DNA of 64,000 nt from an uncultured Planctomycetaceae bacterium (GTDB lineage Bacteria > Planctomycetota > Planctomycetia > Isosphaerales > Isosphaeraceae): positions 1,984,001 through 2,048,000 of the forward strand of contig CAWIAD010000001.1 of the NCBI GenBank assembly GCA_963833985.1, given 5' to 3'. Shown piece by piece: positions 31,326 to 43,100 of the stretch; the first letter of the stretch is position 1, and every line of letters starts with the position of its first letter. A model generated the notes under the pieces. The model saw only the letters and a program-made list of their open reading frames with translations, ran no database searches and was not told where the DNA came from. The translations under genes and the position numbers were made by a program.

Positions 31326-33230
31326 CTAATTATCGCGGTCGATGTCCGTTGATGATTTCCGTGACTCCTCCTCCACGCTGGATGGCTTGTGGTCGTCCGG
31401 TCCAGCCGGAGTTGGCTTGATCCATTTACCCGCGAGTCCGCCCGATTTCAGTTTGGGCAGCAGTCGTTTGACGCAATCGGCGGGTATTGCCATACAGCCA
31501 TATTGCCCTCGATACATGGTGATACCGACAGCCTCTCCGTTTAGATCGACGACGGGTCCACCACACTGGCTGAGCAACAGGGGCATGTCGTGTTCGAACA
31601 GCGTCGGGTAATCGGCGTAGGGTTTTGAGTATGTCAGCGCCACGGCCCCCAATACAAGTTCCAAATCCTGTCGCTGACCGCCTCGGATGAGACGTACGGG
31701 CACCCGCTCGCCCGCAAGATGGTCTTCAACGCACCTGAAAATGTCTTGATCGTCATGGATATCCTTGCCGGCGATCGAGAGGATCACGTCTTCTTGGAGA
31801 ATACCCGTGTCTGGAACGGCTCTGTCTACCAAGTAGCCCGCCTCCGTTCGCTTGCCGAACACACCAGGCCGTTTGGCATGAATCGTAGGGCGGGTGACGC
31901 GCGTCGGGAAGGGACCTGGCAAATTGCGTTGCGGCACACTCACGACGCCCATGGCCAGGGGCATTTCCGACATCCCTGCGGCGGCCAGGATCGTCCCTGC
32001 AATAGGAGAAGGCTTCTCTGCCCAATTAACCGGCTGAAGGTCATTCGCCGGCACCTTCAACAATGCTAGGTCGAAGGCCGGGTCCATTCCGACCACTTCT
32101 GCGGCGACAATCAGCCCATCCGACAGCCGACATCTCGGTTGAGCCGGAAGCGTGCTGGCCATTGTCACAATCCACCCATTCGCTTCCACAATCGTCCCGT
32201 AGGCGACCTCATGGTCGATCTCGTCGAGGACTGATACGACGCTGGGCCGCGAGTCTCGGATCACATCTTGAAACGCCTTGGCGTTCGCTCGCCCCTGAGT
32301 CCACTGCACTCGGGGCAAGATGTTCTCGTCGTTGTCCCGACGGTAGTGGTCATTTAACTGTTGCCAGGCCATCTCGTCGAACGGTGCAATCTCGCGCCGG
32401 AGCATTACGTCCAGGTGTCGTCGGATGAACCGACTCGTTGTGCTCGAAAAGGGACCAACTCGTGCGAAGTCGGGGCTGTTCAAGGAGCCCTGCAATTTCG
32501 CGGGCACTAGAGAGCTGAGGATGACTCCCACGAGCCGCCCCTCGAGGTCAAAGTACGGGCCACCGGAATCCCCGCCGGTGGTGAAGCAATCGGTAACAAA
32601 GAAATCCCTGTTTTGGAACAACACGCGGCCGAGGCGGACGACCGGCGGGCGGTCTGGACGATACCCGAGGGGATGACCGAGCTTGAGCACCCAGTCACCG
32701 AGCTCGACGCTCATCGAGAGATCGAGCGAAACGTATGAGTAAGGACCCGGCTCGACGAGTCGTAAAAGGGAGAGGTCGAAGGTTTGATCCGCTCCGAGCA
32801 ATTCGGCCTCTTTCTTGCGGCCGTCACTCAAGACGACCATCGTCCGGTCACCAGGCTGGCGAAAGGTGGGAGGTTGCCGACCATCCCAGCCAGGGAATCG
32901 ATGACTGACATGGAATTGCGAGAGTATCAGCCCGTCTGCGGTGATGATCACACCAGAGCCATAAGGATGAAAAACGCGAGGCTTCTCCGCTGCCGACGAT
33001 GTCGAGACTACCCGTGGGAGCTCAATCGCCACAACGGCCGGCACTACCCTCTGGCTCGCCGCCTGGACGCGCTGCTGCAAGGAGCGAAGAGCTTCTCGGT
33101 TGGCGGGCGTGCTTGCACAAGTGTCTGGTGCTCGGTCCCGACTTCGGAGCCACATGGCAAGAACCCAAATGGCCAGGACCGCCACCAGGACCGGCAGCTT
33201 CGGTACCCAAAGACGGTGGCGCGGGGACAT
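31326..33230 (-). CDS. Trypsin-like serine protease with second trypsin-like and PDZ domains
   Basis: N-terminal TM, GSGVII, FHV, DLSLL, GGDSGGP; second degenerate domain DLALLK...QCGGPVV; PDZ segment. Confidence 0.88.
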   Translation of the reverse strand: MSPRHRLWVPKLPVLVAVLAIWVLAMWLRSRDRAPDTCASTPANREALRSLQQRVQAASQRVVPAVVAIELPRVVSTSSAAEKPRVFHPYGSGVIITADGLILSQFHVSHRFPGWDGRQPPTFRQPGDRTMVVLSDGRKKEAELLGADQTFDLSLLRLVEPGPYSYVSLDLSMSVELGDWVLKLGHPLGYRPDRPPVVRLGRVLFQNRDFFVTDCFTTGGDSGGPYFDLEGRLVGVILSSLVPAKLQGSLNSPDFARVGPFSSTTSRFIRRHLDVMLRREIAPFDEMAWQQLNDHYRRDNDENILPRVQWTQGRANAKAFQDVIRDSRPSVVSVLDEIDHEVAYGTIVEANGWIVTMASTLPAQPRCRLSDGLIVAAEVVGMDPAFDLALLKVPANDLQPVNWAEKPSPIAGTILAAAGMSEMPLAMGVVSVPQRNLPGPFPTRVTRPTIHAKRPGVFGKRTEAGYLVDRAVPDTGILQEDVILSIAGKDIHDDQDIFRCVEDHLAGERVPVRLIRGGQRQDLELVLGAVALTYSKPYADYPTLFEHDMPLLLSQCGGPVVDLNGEAVGITMYRGQYGCMAIPADCVKRLLPKLKSGGLAGKWIKPTPAGPDDHKPSSVEEESRKSSTDIDRDN

Positions 33231-33352
33231 GACTGGTGCCTCTTGCGGCCGGTAAAACAAACGCGTTGCCCACTAAGGATTCCGCAAGTGCGGAGTCCTA
33301 CTTTCTGTACATCCTGCGCAGATTCTCTCCAAGTTTCCGACGCCCTACCAGG

Positions 33353-35010
33353 TCAATTGTCGTAGGCCATCCGCATGCCCGGCAACCCCAGGATCCGACG
33401 TTGCAGCCGGGTCAGCTTGGTCGTCAAGACCACCGGAGGTTTCTTCCCGACTACCAAGCGGTGGCGTTGCACGTTCTCGAACAGCTCGATCAGTTGCGGG
33501 GTGGTCGGGTGGCGGCAGGATCGGTCCTCCGGATACAAGGGCAAGCTCTCCACCTGGTGCCGGGTCATCGCTCGCCGCAACTCCCGCTCTAACAACGCCT
33601 GGACCAGCAGCAGCAAGAAATACAGGCACAACAAGGCCTGAATTCGACTCACCTCGTTGAGAAAGAGCGGGGCCACTTCGAACTCCGTCTTCAACTGCTC
33701 GAAGCGCTTCTCGATCACCGGCTGACCCTTGTACGCCAGCAGCAACGCCTGTTCCGAGAGCTTCCGGTCGTTGGTGATCAACGGGAAGACCCCGTCACTC
33801 ACCGCTTCCGCGGCCAACGCCGCGTGGTTCAGCTCGTACCTCAGCTCGAAGCGACTCTTCACCTCCCGCCGATACTTCGTCTGGTCATTGGGTCGGCCCC
33901 GCCGCTCTTGGCGGAAGATCTCCTCCTCGCGCTCATCGATCGTCACCTCAATCCGGTCCGTCGTCCCGCGGGCTTGCAAGATCGTCTCCACCGCCTCGGT
34001 CACCCTGGCTCGTTGGCGGTAACGTGTCCGTGGGGAAGTCAGCTTCTGCTGGAGCTCCGCCAGATCGTTCATGGTCCGTTCGAGTTGCCGCGTTCGGGCC
34101 AGGGCGTCCAGTTCCGCCTTGCGCGTGCTGTGATACCAATCCAGCCGATAGCCCTCGTCACTGGTCGCCGCCGGCTCGCTGACGCGGTACCGCTCGACGA
34201 GTTTTCCCTCCTCGTCGTACCTGTCGTGAACCCATCGCCACCGGACCCGGCCTCCGGACAATGCCTCGAGGCGGTCCTCCGACCGGGTACGGGGCAGGAC
34301 GGTGAGAAACCGCCCACCATGACCGTGCACGTAGGTCATGTTCTCGGTGCTGGCCAGTTTGCAGTCGGCCACGTAGAGGGAATCGCGCCGTCCTGTGAGC
34401 TTGCAGAGCAAGTTCCAGGTGGCGCGATGGGTCCGGTCGTCGACGACGCTACCGCTCTTGGCCTGGAAGTAGACCGGGACCCCACCGTCCTGGGCCACGG
34501 TGAGCAGAAAGAGCAACTGCTTGAGATCGGGCCGGTGGTCCTTGTTATGCCCCCAAGTGATCGCCAGTCGGGTTTGCCCACGGCGTTTGATCTCCTGGGC
34601 CGCGTCCAGGTACGCTCCGGAGAAGGTCACCGTGGTCGAGGCGTTGTGCAGTTCATCCAACTCGACGTCGAATTCCGCGACGGCCTGGGTGGCGACCGCC
34701 AAGGCGAGGGAACCACAGTCACTGCGGAAGAGCTGGTCCAGACAGCGGCCGATACAGTCATCATTGAGGGCGGCGAACTGTTGGGGCGCCAGTCCCAACG
34801 CAGCCGCGTCGCAACGAGTGGGCCACTGAGGGACGCCATAGAGCGGTTCGCGGGAGAGCAGCAAGTTCTTGAGCAGGACCATCAGTCCCTGTGCCGGGGC
34901 AATCCGCGATCGCCGATCCTCCGGGGGCAGATCGTCACGGAGGATCGGTTCCAGTCGCAACCGTGTGAGCAAGCGATTGAGGATGGGCAGCAAGCCGAGG
35001 TGGAGTGGAG
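33353..35010 (-). pseudogene. IS1634-family transposase, probably inactive
   Basis: LNDDCIGRCLD, WGHNKDHRPDLKQ, YVADCKL, IEKRFEQLK. ELHNAST appears where an Asp is expected (HNDST); 5' start unclear. Confidence 0.85.
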
Positions 35011-35533
35011 GGTCCGACAGGCAGCTTGGGCAGTGTCGCCCAGCGGCGGCGTCTTGAGGAGGGGTCGTTTCACGGATCTGACTCCTGGTGGTCTTGCGGG
35101 GTGAGAGCACGACAGATGGGGGGCCACCGCCGCCGGTGCTTCGGGAGCCGGCCCGTAGCAGTTTCCAGGGGCATGATTGCCGGGGACAGGAAGTCGTCAC
35201 GCTGAGAGCAATTATTAAAAATAGTTATCTCGGAAGATCTTGACGTAAATCGGGTACCGCGCGACTTACGTCAAGGGTGCTTGCCGCAAGTCGCGGCGGA
35301 AGACGTCGGGCGCGGTGGCTGGACATTGACAGGGGATAGGACAGGAGCGAAGAGTGCGGCGTCAGAGATACTGAATTGGAGGGAGATTCAGGCCAGGACG
35401 GGGACGGTCGCCGGGCTGGGCGGATTGGCTGGGCGGTCGCCCGCAAGAAGGAGGATTGCCGTTGAACGGCTACCGCCAACCGGCGCGAAAAGAAATTCGG
35501 AGAAAATCGCATCGCGATCTGCGGAAAATAGGG

Positions 35534-35960
35534 GTGGAAGATTGAATGAAGACGAAATTCCCGCGGTATTGCGAGCCGTTACCTCCGTTCGGACCGCTGC
35601 TGTTGTAGCCGTTGCCGCCCCTTCCGGTGAGCGCCTCGGCGAACGCCATGGTATTGCTCGAACCATCGGTGACGCTCTGGAGGCCGTAGGACTTCCAGAT
35701 GGTGAAAAGTCCGGTGGTTTCCGACTGGTGGACATGGAACCCCCCTTGTCGATGACGGATCCAGGTAAGAGCCCACACGTTCGTAGCGAAACTCCACAGG
35801 GCGCATTGCCGATCGTGCCCTGCGTCAGGCTTCCACCTCAGCTTGTGGAAATCACGGTTCGGCCGGAGGGGGCGCCGAACGGTTGCGTGGCTTCCGTGCG
35901 GAAGCATAGCGCCGCCTTTCCGGAGAGCAATCAGGATCCCGGCCGCTATCACGTACACTT
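35534..35960 (-). pseudogene. DUF1559 gene, N-terminal/central fragment (degraded)
   Basis: GLFTIWKSYGLQSVTDGSSNTMAFAEAL; joins the 30900 fragment in frame; no prepilin N-terminus visible. Confidence 0.8.
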
Positions 35961-35985
35961 CACGAACCGAGGTTCGCGCTGAACC

Positions 35986-36208
35986 TCATCTTCGCCGCTG
36001 GGTCACTGGCTCCTTCGTCTGAGCTTTCTTGTGACGGTCCACGTAGTGGCTTTCCACCTTTGACTTCTGCTTCTCAGTGACAGTGCCAGTCTCCTGGATC
36101 ACCGTGCCCTCCGCGGGCCTGGAATCGCACCCGCACGGGCAGCCCAGAGCCGCCGTCAGGAATGCACACGCAAGTAGATATGAGACATCGAAGCAAGCGA
36201 CGCGCACA
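35986..36208 (-). CDS. Small putative lipoprotein
   Basis: Hydrophobic stretch followed by CGCD; such lipoproteins commonly accompany DUF1559 genes; start uncertain. Confidence 0.5.
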
Positions 36209-36813
36209 ATCCACTCCTTTCGAGACGCAGTGAGAGCGCAGAGATCCCTCGATCGTGGCGGCGAGAGCAGCACGGCCTCCACAAATCACGAGGGGTCGGA
36301 ACGGCGTCGCGTGAGAAGCAGAGAGGCAGTCAGTGTATCCTGGATTGAGAAGACAATGAGCAGTGGTTGATGTATGTTCTGCGAACAAAGCGGCCGCAGC
36401 ACGGCCAGTCGAACTGAGAGGACGCCTTCCCGCTCTGGATCCTGCGCAGGCGGAAGTCAGACCACGCGGAACCGCGCACGGCCTCTCGCTCTCCTCTCGG
36501 GTACGGACACCGCCCCCTCCCTGACTCGCGGCGAGCCTGGCCATGCAGGCGGCCGCGCGCGGTCATCACCGACGGTCCTGGACTGCCTCTTCGACTGCTC
36601 ATGCGTACTCGGAATGCCCGTCACAGCGTGATCACACCAGAGGACTTACTGCGACTTTTCCGGTTTGCCGGCGGGATTCCGCGATGGCATTGAACCTGCG
36701 CGGGGTTCGTGGCGACCTTGATGATGGGCGGCGTCCCGCACACTCCGCCGCTCGGGCCGGTGGCCGACATCCGGCCCGGCTCGTCCCGCGGGTGTCAATG
36801 GCGGAATGCGCCC

Positions 36814-37371
36814 ATGGCGGATAGCCCCCAGCAAGCAGAAGAGACCACGCTCGTGCTCCTGGCTCAACAGGGAGACGGCAATGCGTTCCGTGCCCTGGTC
36901 GAGCGGTACGATCGCCGGCTGCTCTACTTCATTCGGCGAATGCTGAACGAAAGTGAGGATGCCTTCGACGTGCTCCAGGGTGTATGGCTGCACGTGCACC
37001 GGAACCTGCGGCGCTTGCAATCACCGCGTGCCTTCCGGGTGTGGCTGTACCGCATCGCCCACGACCAGTCGATCTCGGCCCTGAGGAGCAATCGCCAGTG
37101 GGTCGACCTCGAATCGCTCCCCGAGGACGAACTGACCAACGGCGAAGTGCCGGAATCGGCCTTCGACGCCGCCGACCTGGTGCACTCCGCACTCCGTTTG
37201 CTGTCGGTGGACCAGCGCCGGGTCCTCACGTTGCATTTTCTTGAAGACATGAGCATTGACGACATCGCGCGCGTTCTCGGGTGCAGTCCCGGGACCGTAA
37301 AATCGCGGCTGCACTACGCAAGGGCCGCGCTGCGTCGTCATATCGAACTCGAGGAGCGCGAAGATGGCTGA
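36814..37371 (+). CDS. ECF RNA polymerase sigma factor
   Basis: AQQGDGNAFRALVERY, DVLQGVW, FRVWLYRIA, IARVLGCSPGTVKSRLHYAR. Confidence 0.92.
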   Translation: MADSPQQAEETTLVLLAQQGDGNAFRALVERYDRRLLYFIRRMLNESEDAFDVLQGVWLHVHRNLRRLQSPRAFRVWLYRIAHDQSISALRSNRQWVDLESLPEDELTNGEVPESAFDAADLVHSALRLLSVDQRRVLTLHFLEDMSIDDIARVLGCSPGTVKSRLHYARAALRRHIELEEREDG

Positions 37372-37840
37372 CTCGCTACCACCGGATACTGCTGGATCGA
37401 GGCTGTTAAAGCAGGACGAATGCCTGCACACCCCACGTTACGAGGAGCATCGTATGCAACTGGAACATCGACTGGCACATGCTGAAGCCCGCGAGCTGCT
37501 GGTGAAGCGTGTCGTTGTGGGCGCCCTTCTGGTCGCGGCCGCTGTCTTTCCGGTGCTGGCTTCGCACACCCTCGGGAGCCCCGTCCCGTTCGACAAGGAT
37601 GCGACGGCGTTCTCCATCGCGGCCGGAGCGATCTATACCGCCGCCTGGTTGCTCTTCTTCATCGGCGTGGCATCGTACTACTGGCGATACCTGCCGCGGT
37701 TGCGTCGCACACGCGAGGAACTGCAAGACGAGACGATCCACTCGCTGCGCCAGGAGATCCGCGAGCTGCGCGAGCGTCTGGACAGCCAGCCCCAGGCGCA
37801 GCAGACCCGCCCGGGTGGGCCGGCGAAACACGAGCCGTAA
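37364..37840 (+). CDS. Two-TM membrane protein, candidate anti-sigma factor
   Basis: Overlaps the sigma stop; two hydrophobic helices and a C-terminal coiled coil. Confidence 0.6.
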   Translation: MADSLPPDTAGSRLLKQDECLHTPRYEEHRMQLEHRLAHAEARELLVKRVVVGALLVAAAVFPVLASHTLGSPVPFDKDATAFSIAAGAIYTAAWLLFFIGVASYYWRYLPRLRRTREELQDETIHSLRQEIRELRERLDSQPQAQQTRPGGPAKHEP

Positions 37841-37849
37841 GGCATTGCG

Positions 37850-38205
37850 GCCGCTTGAATGCGTTGTCCCGCCGCGCCAGGAGCCCTGTCCGTGGGGTCC
37901 ACGCGAAGTTGCCCCCTCCCGGAAGATTGCGTGCCTGGCCTTTTCGTATTGCCCGCCCGGGCGATGCGCTCGTACCCGGCAATCAGTGTCCCGTCCGCCG
38001 AGCGGATGCTGGCATGGCTCAGCGGCCCATCGCCCGCCAGGCCCGCGAGCGCGGCGAGAATCAGAACGGCGATGACGACCCAGCCGGCGCGCTGCACGGC
38101 CCACTCGCGGTGCTGGTATTCCAGGTTCTGCCCGAAGTCCGCCACCCTCTGGCCGTTTCCTGAACGTGCCTGAGGATCCTCTGCGGCGGGCGCAGTCATG
38201 AACAC
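37850..38205 (-). pseudogene. Truncated/degraded membrane protein gene downstream of the MFP
   Basis: EYQHREWAVQRAGWVVIAVLILAALAGLAGDGPLS...YERIAR, then loss of protein-like sequence where it collides with the convergent gene. Confidence 0.5.
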
Positions 38206-38214
38206 TCTACCGCC

Positions 38215-39733
38215 TCAGGACCCCTTGCTCTTGCCCTTTTCTTGACTCTTCTCGCGCTGCTGGCCAAGGCCGCCGCCGGAGGCCTTGCTTCCCTGGTCCT
38301 CGCCTCCGACCTCGCCGGCTTCCTCGGCGCGCACTGGCTCGCCGTCCTCGATGGAGCCCGTGTAGGAGATGATGACCCGATCGTCCCTGGACAGGCCGGA
38401 GAGCACCTCGACGCGGATGCCGTCGTCGCGTCCGATACGCACTGGCCGCTTCCGTGCCCTGTCGTCCTCAACGACGTACAGGGACCCGGCACCGGCTTCT
38501 TGCTGATGAAGCGCCTTGGACGGAATGGTCAGGTCGTTGCTCGGCGGCTCCAGCAGGATGGACACCGCCCCGTACATTCCCTGTCGCAGCCGTCCGGAGG
38601 GGTTGGGAAGGTCAATCTCGGTACGCATCGTGCGGTTGGTCGGCAGCTCCTGCTCGGAGAAGCGCGCCACCTTTCCCTTGAATTCCTCACCGCCCAGAGC
38701 GTCGATCCGCACGACTGCCTCATCGCCGCGATCGAGCAAGGGCGTATCGCGATCGGGAACGTAAACGACGACGCGCATCAGGTCCGTACGCGCGATGCGC
38801 AGGATCGGGAGCTCGTTGCTTCGGACGGCGTCGCGGATGAAATCACCATCGTGAAAGTTGGCGCTCCGTCACCACGCCCGTGTAGGGCGACATCAGTCGC
38901 ATGTACTGCGCCAGGATCGTGGCCTGGGCCAGCCGTGCTTCGGCGACGCGCTGCTCGGCGCGTTCGCGCTGGATGTCGGCCTCGGCGGTGATCACCAGGG
39001 CAACGTTGCGCGCGAGCTCGGCCTCGGCCGCCTTGACCGCGGCGCGAGCGCGCTCTTCGGCAGCCTTGGCACCCTCGAAGTCTTCCTGCCGTTCATCGGC
39101 CACGCGCTGGTCCACAGTCTGGAGACGCGCCAGTTGCATGTAGCGCAGGTACTCCTTCTCGCGGAAGCGGCGGATGGCCGCGGTCTGGCTGACCTCGGTC
39201 TGCCGGACCGCGATCGCGGCCTCGGCGGCCGTCACGGCGGCCTCCGCGGAAGTCTTTCTCGCCTGGGCCTGCTGCACCGCCGCCTTGGAGCGTTCGACCT
39301 CGGCGGCGGCGAGCTCGACGGCCTGCTGCCGTTCGGGATCATAGATCTCCGCAAGCACCTGGCCCTTCTCGACGGTATCGCCAATATCCACGACCTGTGC
39401 CCGCAGGTAACCCGAGGCCTTGGCATAGAGGTCCGCGTACTGGAAGGCATGCAGCGTCCCGGGCTGAGTGGTGGTCCGCACCAATCCTCCCTGGTGGGGA
39501 GTGACGTACTTGACCCAGAGCGCGGCCCTGTTCTGGGAGCTGCCTTGCCCCGAGGAGCCCTGGTCTTGCGACGAATCTTGCTGCTGGCTGCTGCTGTACC
39601 ACCAGTAGCCGCCAGCCGCCACGGCCGCGACCACCAGGATCACCAGCGTGATGCTCGTCCAGCTCCAGCCGGAATCCGCCGCTTCCGGAGCATCGCGGTC
39701 GTCCGGCTGGTCGACATCACGCTCGGAATCCAT
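38215..39733 (-). CDS. RND efflux periplasmic adaptor (MFP); frameshift near 38860
   Basis: TM anchor, LYAKASGYL...VDIGDTV, coiled coil, SPYTGVVTER; continues as MRVVVYVP...TMRTEIDLPNPSGRLRQGMYG...VEVLSGL. Confidence 0.88.
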
Positions 39734-40119
39734 GTCTCGCGAGGAACGGCGTTTCGCATTGCTGGCCACGCTGGCAGCCCCTTTTCTGCGACCCACGCGG
39801 GGACCGAGCCTGCGCCTGCTCCGGCAGGTTTGCCGGCGGATGCTCCACGCTCCAGGGTCTCTCCGGTCGCATCAGGTGAGCCGAGCAAATCTTGCGCCCA
39901 GATTCATCGACGAGTCCAGATCCGGAGACATGAAGACACTCTCGAATTCGGGGAAGTCCGGCGCCGTGCCGCGCGGCCAACTTCTTTGGAAATGGCCCAT
40001 CTTTTGCTTCTGCATTTCACCCATCGTTCGTCTCGCCGCATGTGGAGTGTTCGCGGACAGGAAGCCGCGTTCGCCGTGCGCGCCGGGGCTGTTCTGTCGC
40101 GCTGCTGCCGAGGTGAATC

Positions 40120-43100
40120 ATGAGAGGACTGATCCGGGCTTCGATGATGAACCCCTGGGCCGTCACCGTCTTCGCGCTGGCGATCGTCCTGCTGGGCGGC
40201 ATCTCGGTCTCGCTCATCCCGATTGACATCTTGCCGGTCTTCAAGAGCCCGGCGGTGCAGGTGATGACGTTCTACAGCGGAATGCCTCCGCGGAACGTCG
40301 AACGCGACATCACCAACCGGATGGAGCGGTGGACGGACATGGCGGCCGGCCTGCGCCGCCAGGAGTCGCGGTCGATTCTCGGGGTCAGCGTCGTTCGCGA
40401 TTACTTCTACGAGAACATCACCGAAGGCGAGGCCACATCCTCGGTGCTCTCATGGGCGCAGTCGGTGCTGGCGAACCTGCCGCCAGGGACTCTGCCGCCG
40501 GTCGTCATGCCCTTTGACCCGACGAGCACGACGCCCGCCGCCCTGGTGGCACTGAACAGCCCCTCGGCCGACGAGAAGACTCTCTACGATATTGGCCGGT
40601 ACGAGGTCCGGAACCGCATCATGACGATCCGCGGCGCACTCTCGCCGGTGGTCTTCGGCGGCAAGATCCGCGCCGTGCAGGTGTACATGGACCGCGAGCG
40701 GATGCAGGCCCGGAACATGGCGCCCATCGACGTCTTGCGGGCGGTCGAGATGTCCAACATCTTCCTGCCCACCGGAGAGCTGATCGTCGGCGACATGGAC
40801 TACTTTCTCGACAGCAACTCGATGTTCGAGACGGTGCCGAAGATGGTGGAGATTCCACTTCGCACGGAGCACGGCAACCGGGCGTTCGTGGGCGACGTGG
40901 CCGAGCCGACCGACGACGCCATGATCCAGACCACGATCGTTCGCGTCGACGGCCGCAAGCAGGTGTACATTCCGGTCATGCGTCAGAAAGGTGCCAGCAC
41001 GCTGCGCGTCATCGACCAGCTCCGCGCGAAGCTGCCGGAGATCGAGTCGCGCCTCACCCGCGCCTGCCGGCTCGAGGTGATCATGGACCAGTCCGTCTAC
41101 GTGCGGCAGGCGATCTCGAGCCTGGCGACCGAGGGGATCCTTGGCGCCGGGCTGTGCTCGCTGACGATCCTCATGTTCCTGGGCCGCTGGCGAATGACGG
41201 CCATCGCGGTGATGACGATCCCGCTTTCCGTGCTCTCCGCGATCATCTTCCTGAACCTCTCGGGCCAGTCGATCAACGTGATGACGCTCTCGGGGCTGGC
41301 CCTGGCGATCGGGCCGATGGTCGATAGCGCCATCATCTGCCTGGAGAACACCGACAGGCACCTTGAGCAGGGCCTGCCGCCGAACGTCTCGGCGCTGAAG
41401 GGGGCCAGCGAGGTTGCCCTTCCGGAACTGGTCTCCAGCCTGAGCACGCTGCTGGTGCTCTCGCCGCTGGCGATCATGCCGGGGATGAGCTCGTTCCTTT
41501 TCATGCCCATGACCCTGTCGGTCGCGTTCGCCATGACGACGGCCTACATCCTCTCGCGAACGCTGATTCCTACGTGTGCCGCGGCCTGGCTGAAGCCAAA
41601 GCAGGAGCAGGAAGCGCAAACGGGCGGCCGGCGCGGTTTCATCGGCAGAGCGTTCGACCGCTGGCAGCGGCTCATCGATGACTGGATCAAGGAATACGGC
41701 AAGATGCTGGACTGGGTGCTGGATCATCGCTGGATCACGGTGATCGTCGGCTACGGCCTGCTGGCGCTGGTGCTGCTGGGCCTCACCTTGCCGTTGCGCC
41801 GGGAATTCTTCCCCCAGGCCGACGCGGGCGCGTTCGAGATTTACGTCCGGGCCCCCAGCGGCACCCGCCTGGAAGTGACCAACCGGCGCATCGCCCAGGT
41901 GGAAGACTTCATCAAGCAGCAGATCCCGCCCAAGGACCTGAAGATCCTCGTCTCGGAGATCGGCGTCACGCCCGACTTCTCGGCGGCGTACACGCCCAAC
42001 GCCGGCAAGATGGATACGGTCGTCCGCGTGCAGCTCACCGAACAGCGGGAAAAAGGGTCGTACGAGTATGCCGATCAGCTTCGCAAGGCGTTTCCCACAC
42101 AGGAGCAGTTTCACGACCTGGAGTTCGCCTTCAATGCCGGCGGCCTGATCCGCGGCGCGCTCAACCAGGGAAAGACCACTCCCATCAGCATCCGCGTCAC
42201 GGGCAAGAAGCAAGAGATGGCGCACAAGATCGCCGACGCGGTCCGCCGCAAGGTCGCCAATATCGAGGGCGTGGTCGACTGCCGGATCCTCCAGCGGCTC
42301 GATTACCCCGAGTACATCATCGACGTGGACCGGGCCAAGGCGGCCGACCTGGGGCTGACCCAGGAGGAGGTGATGAAGTGCGTCATCGCGGCTTTCAATT
42401 CGAGCATCCAGTACAACAAGCGCAATTTCTGGATCGATAGCGTGAGCGGCAACCAGTACTTCGTGGGCGTGCAGTACCCGCTGGCGAGCGTGCACTCCGT
42501 GGAAACGTTGCTCGACGTGCCGATCACCGGCATCAACCAGAGCAAGCACGACCGCCGGGTGGTGGTGGAGGGCCCGCCCGGCATCGTCCCGGGACTCGAG
42601 CGCAACGCCGATCACGGCAACCCGGCGCCGGTGCTCTTGAGCACGCTCGTGAAGCTGCGCCGCAGCAGCATCCCGACGGAGATCGATCACGTCGACATCT
42701 CGCCGGCCATCGACCTGAATGTCGGCGTCCACGGCCGCGACCTCGGGCATGTGGCCAACGACATTTACGACGCGATCGATGGGCACTTTGGCAAGCTTCA
42801 TCCGCAGGAGTCGTCCCGCGGTGGCCAGGACGCGGGCACGCGGTGGGACGCCTTCGATCCCGACTCGGACGGCCAGCAGACCCTCGAAGGCACCGAGATC
42901 GAGCTCAGCGGCGAGTACTCGGGCATGATGCAGACGTTCCAGAACCTGGGCATCGGCCTCTCGCTGGCCGTGGTCATCATCTATTTCATGATGGTATCGC
43001 TTGATAAGTCATTCCTGGTGCCGCTGTGCGTGCTGATTGCCGTCCCGCTCATCCTCATTGGCGTCTGGCCGGTGCTCTTTCTCACGGGGACGTCGCTCAA

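Larger units (their letters stand above)
30901..35533 (-). mobile_element. IS1634-family composite transposon with protease cargo
   Basis: Ends CCCTACTTTCCGCA (30901) / TGCGGAAAATAGGG (35520-35533), flanked by a GTGG direct repeat (30897-30900, 35534-35537). Confidence 0.88.
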
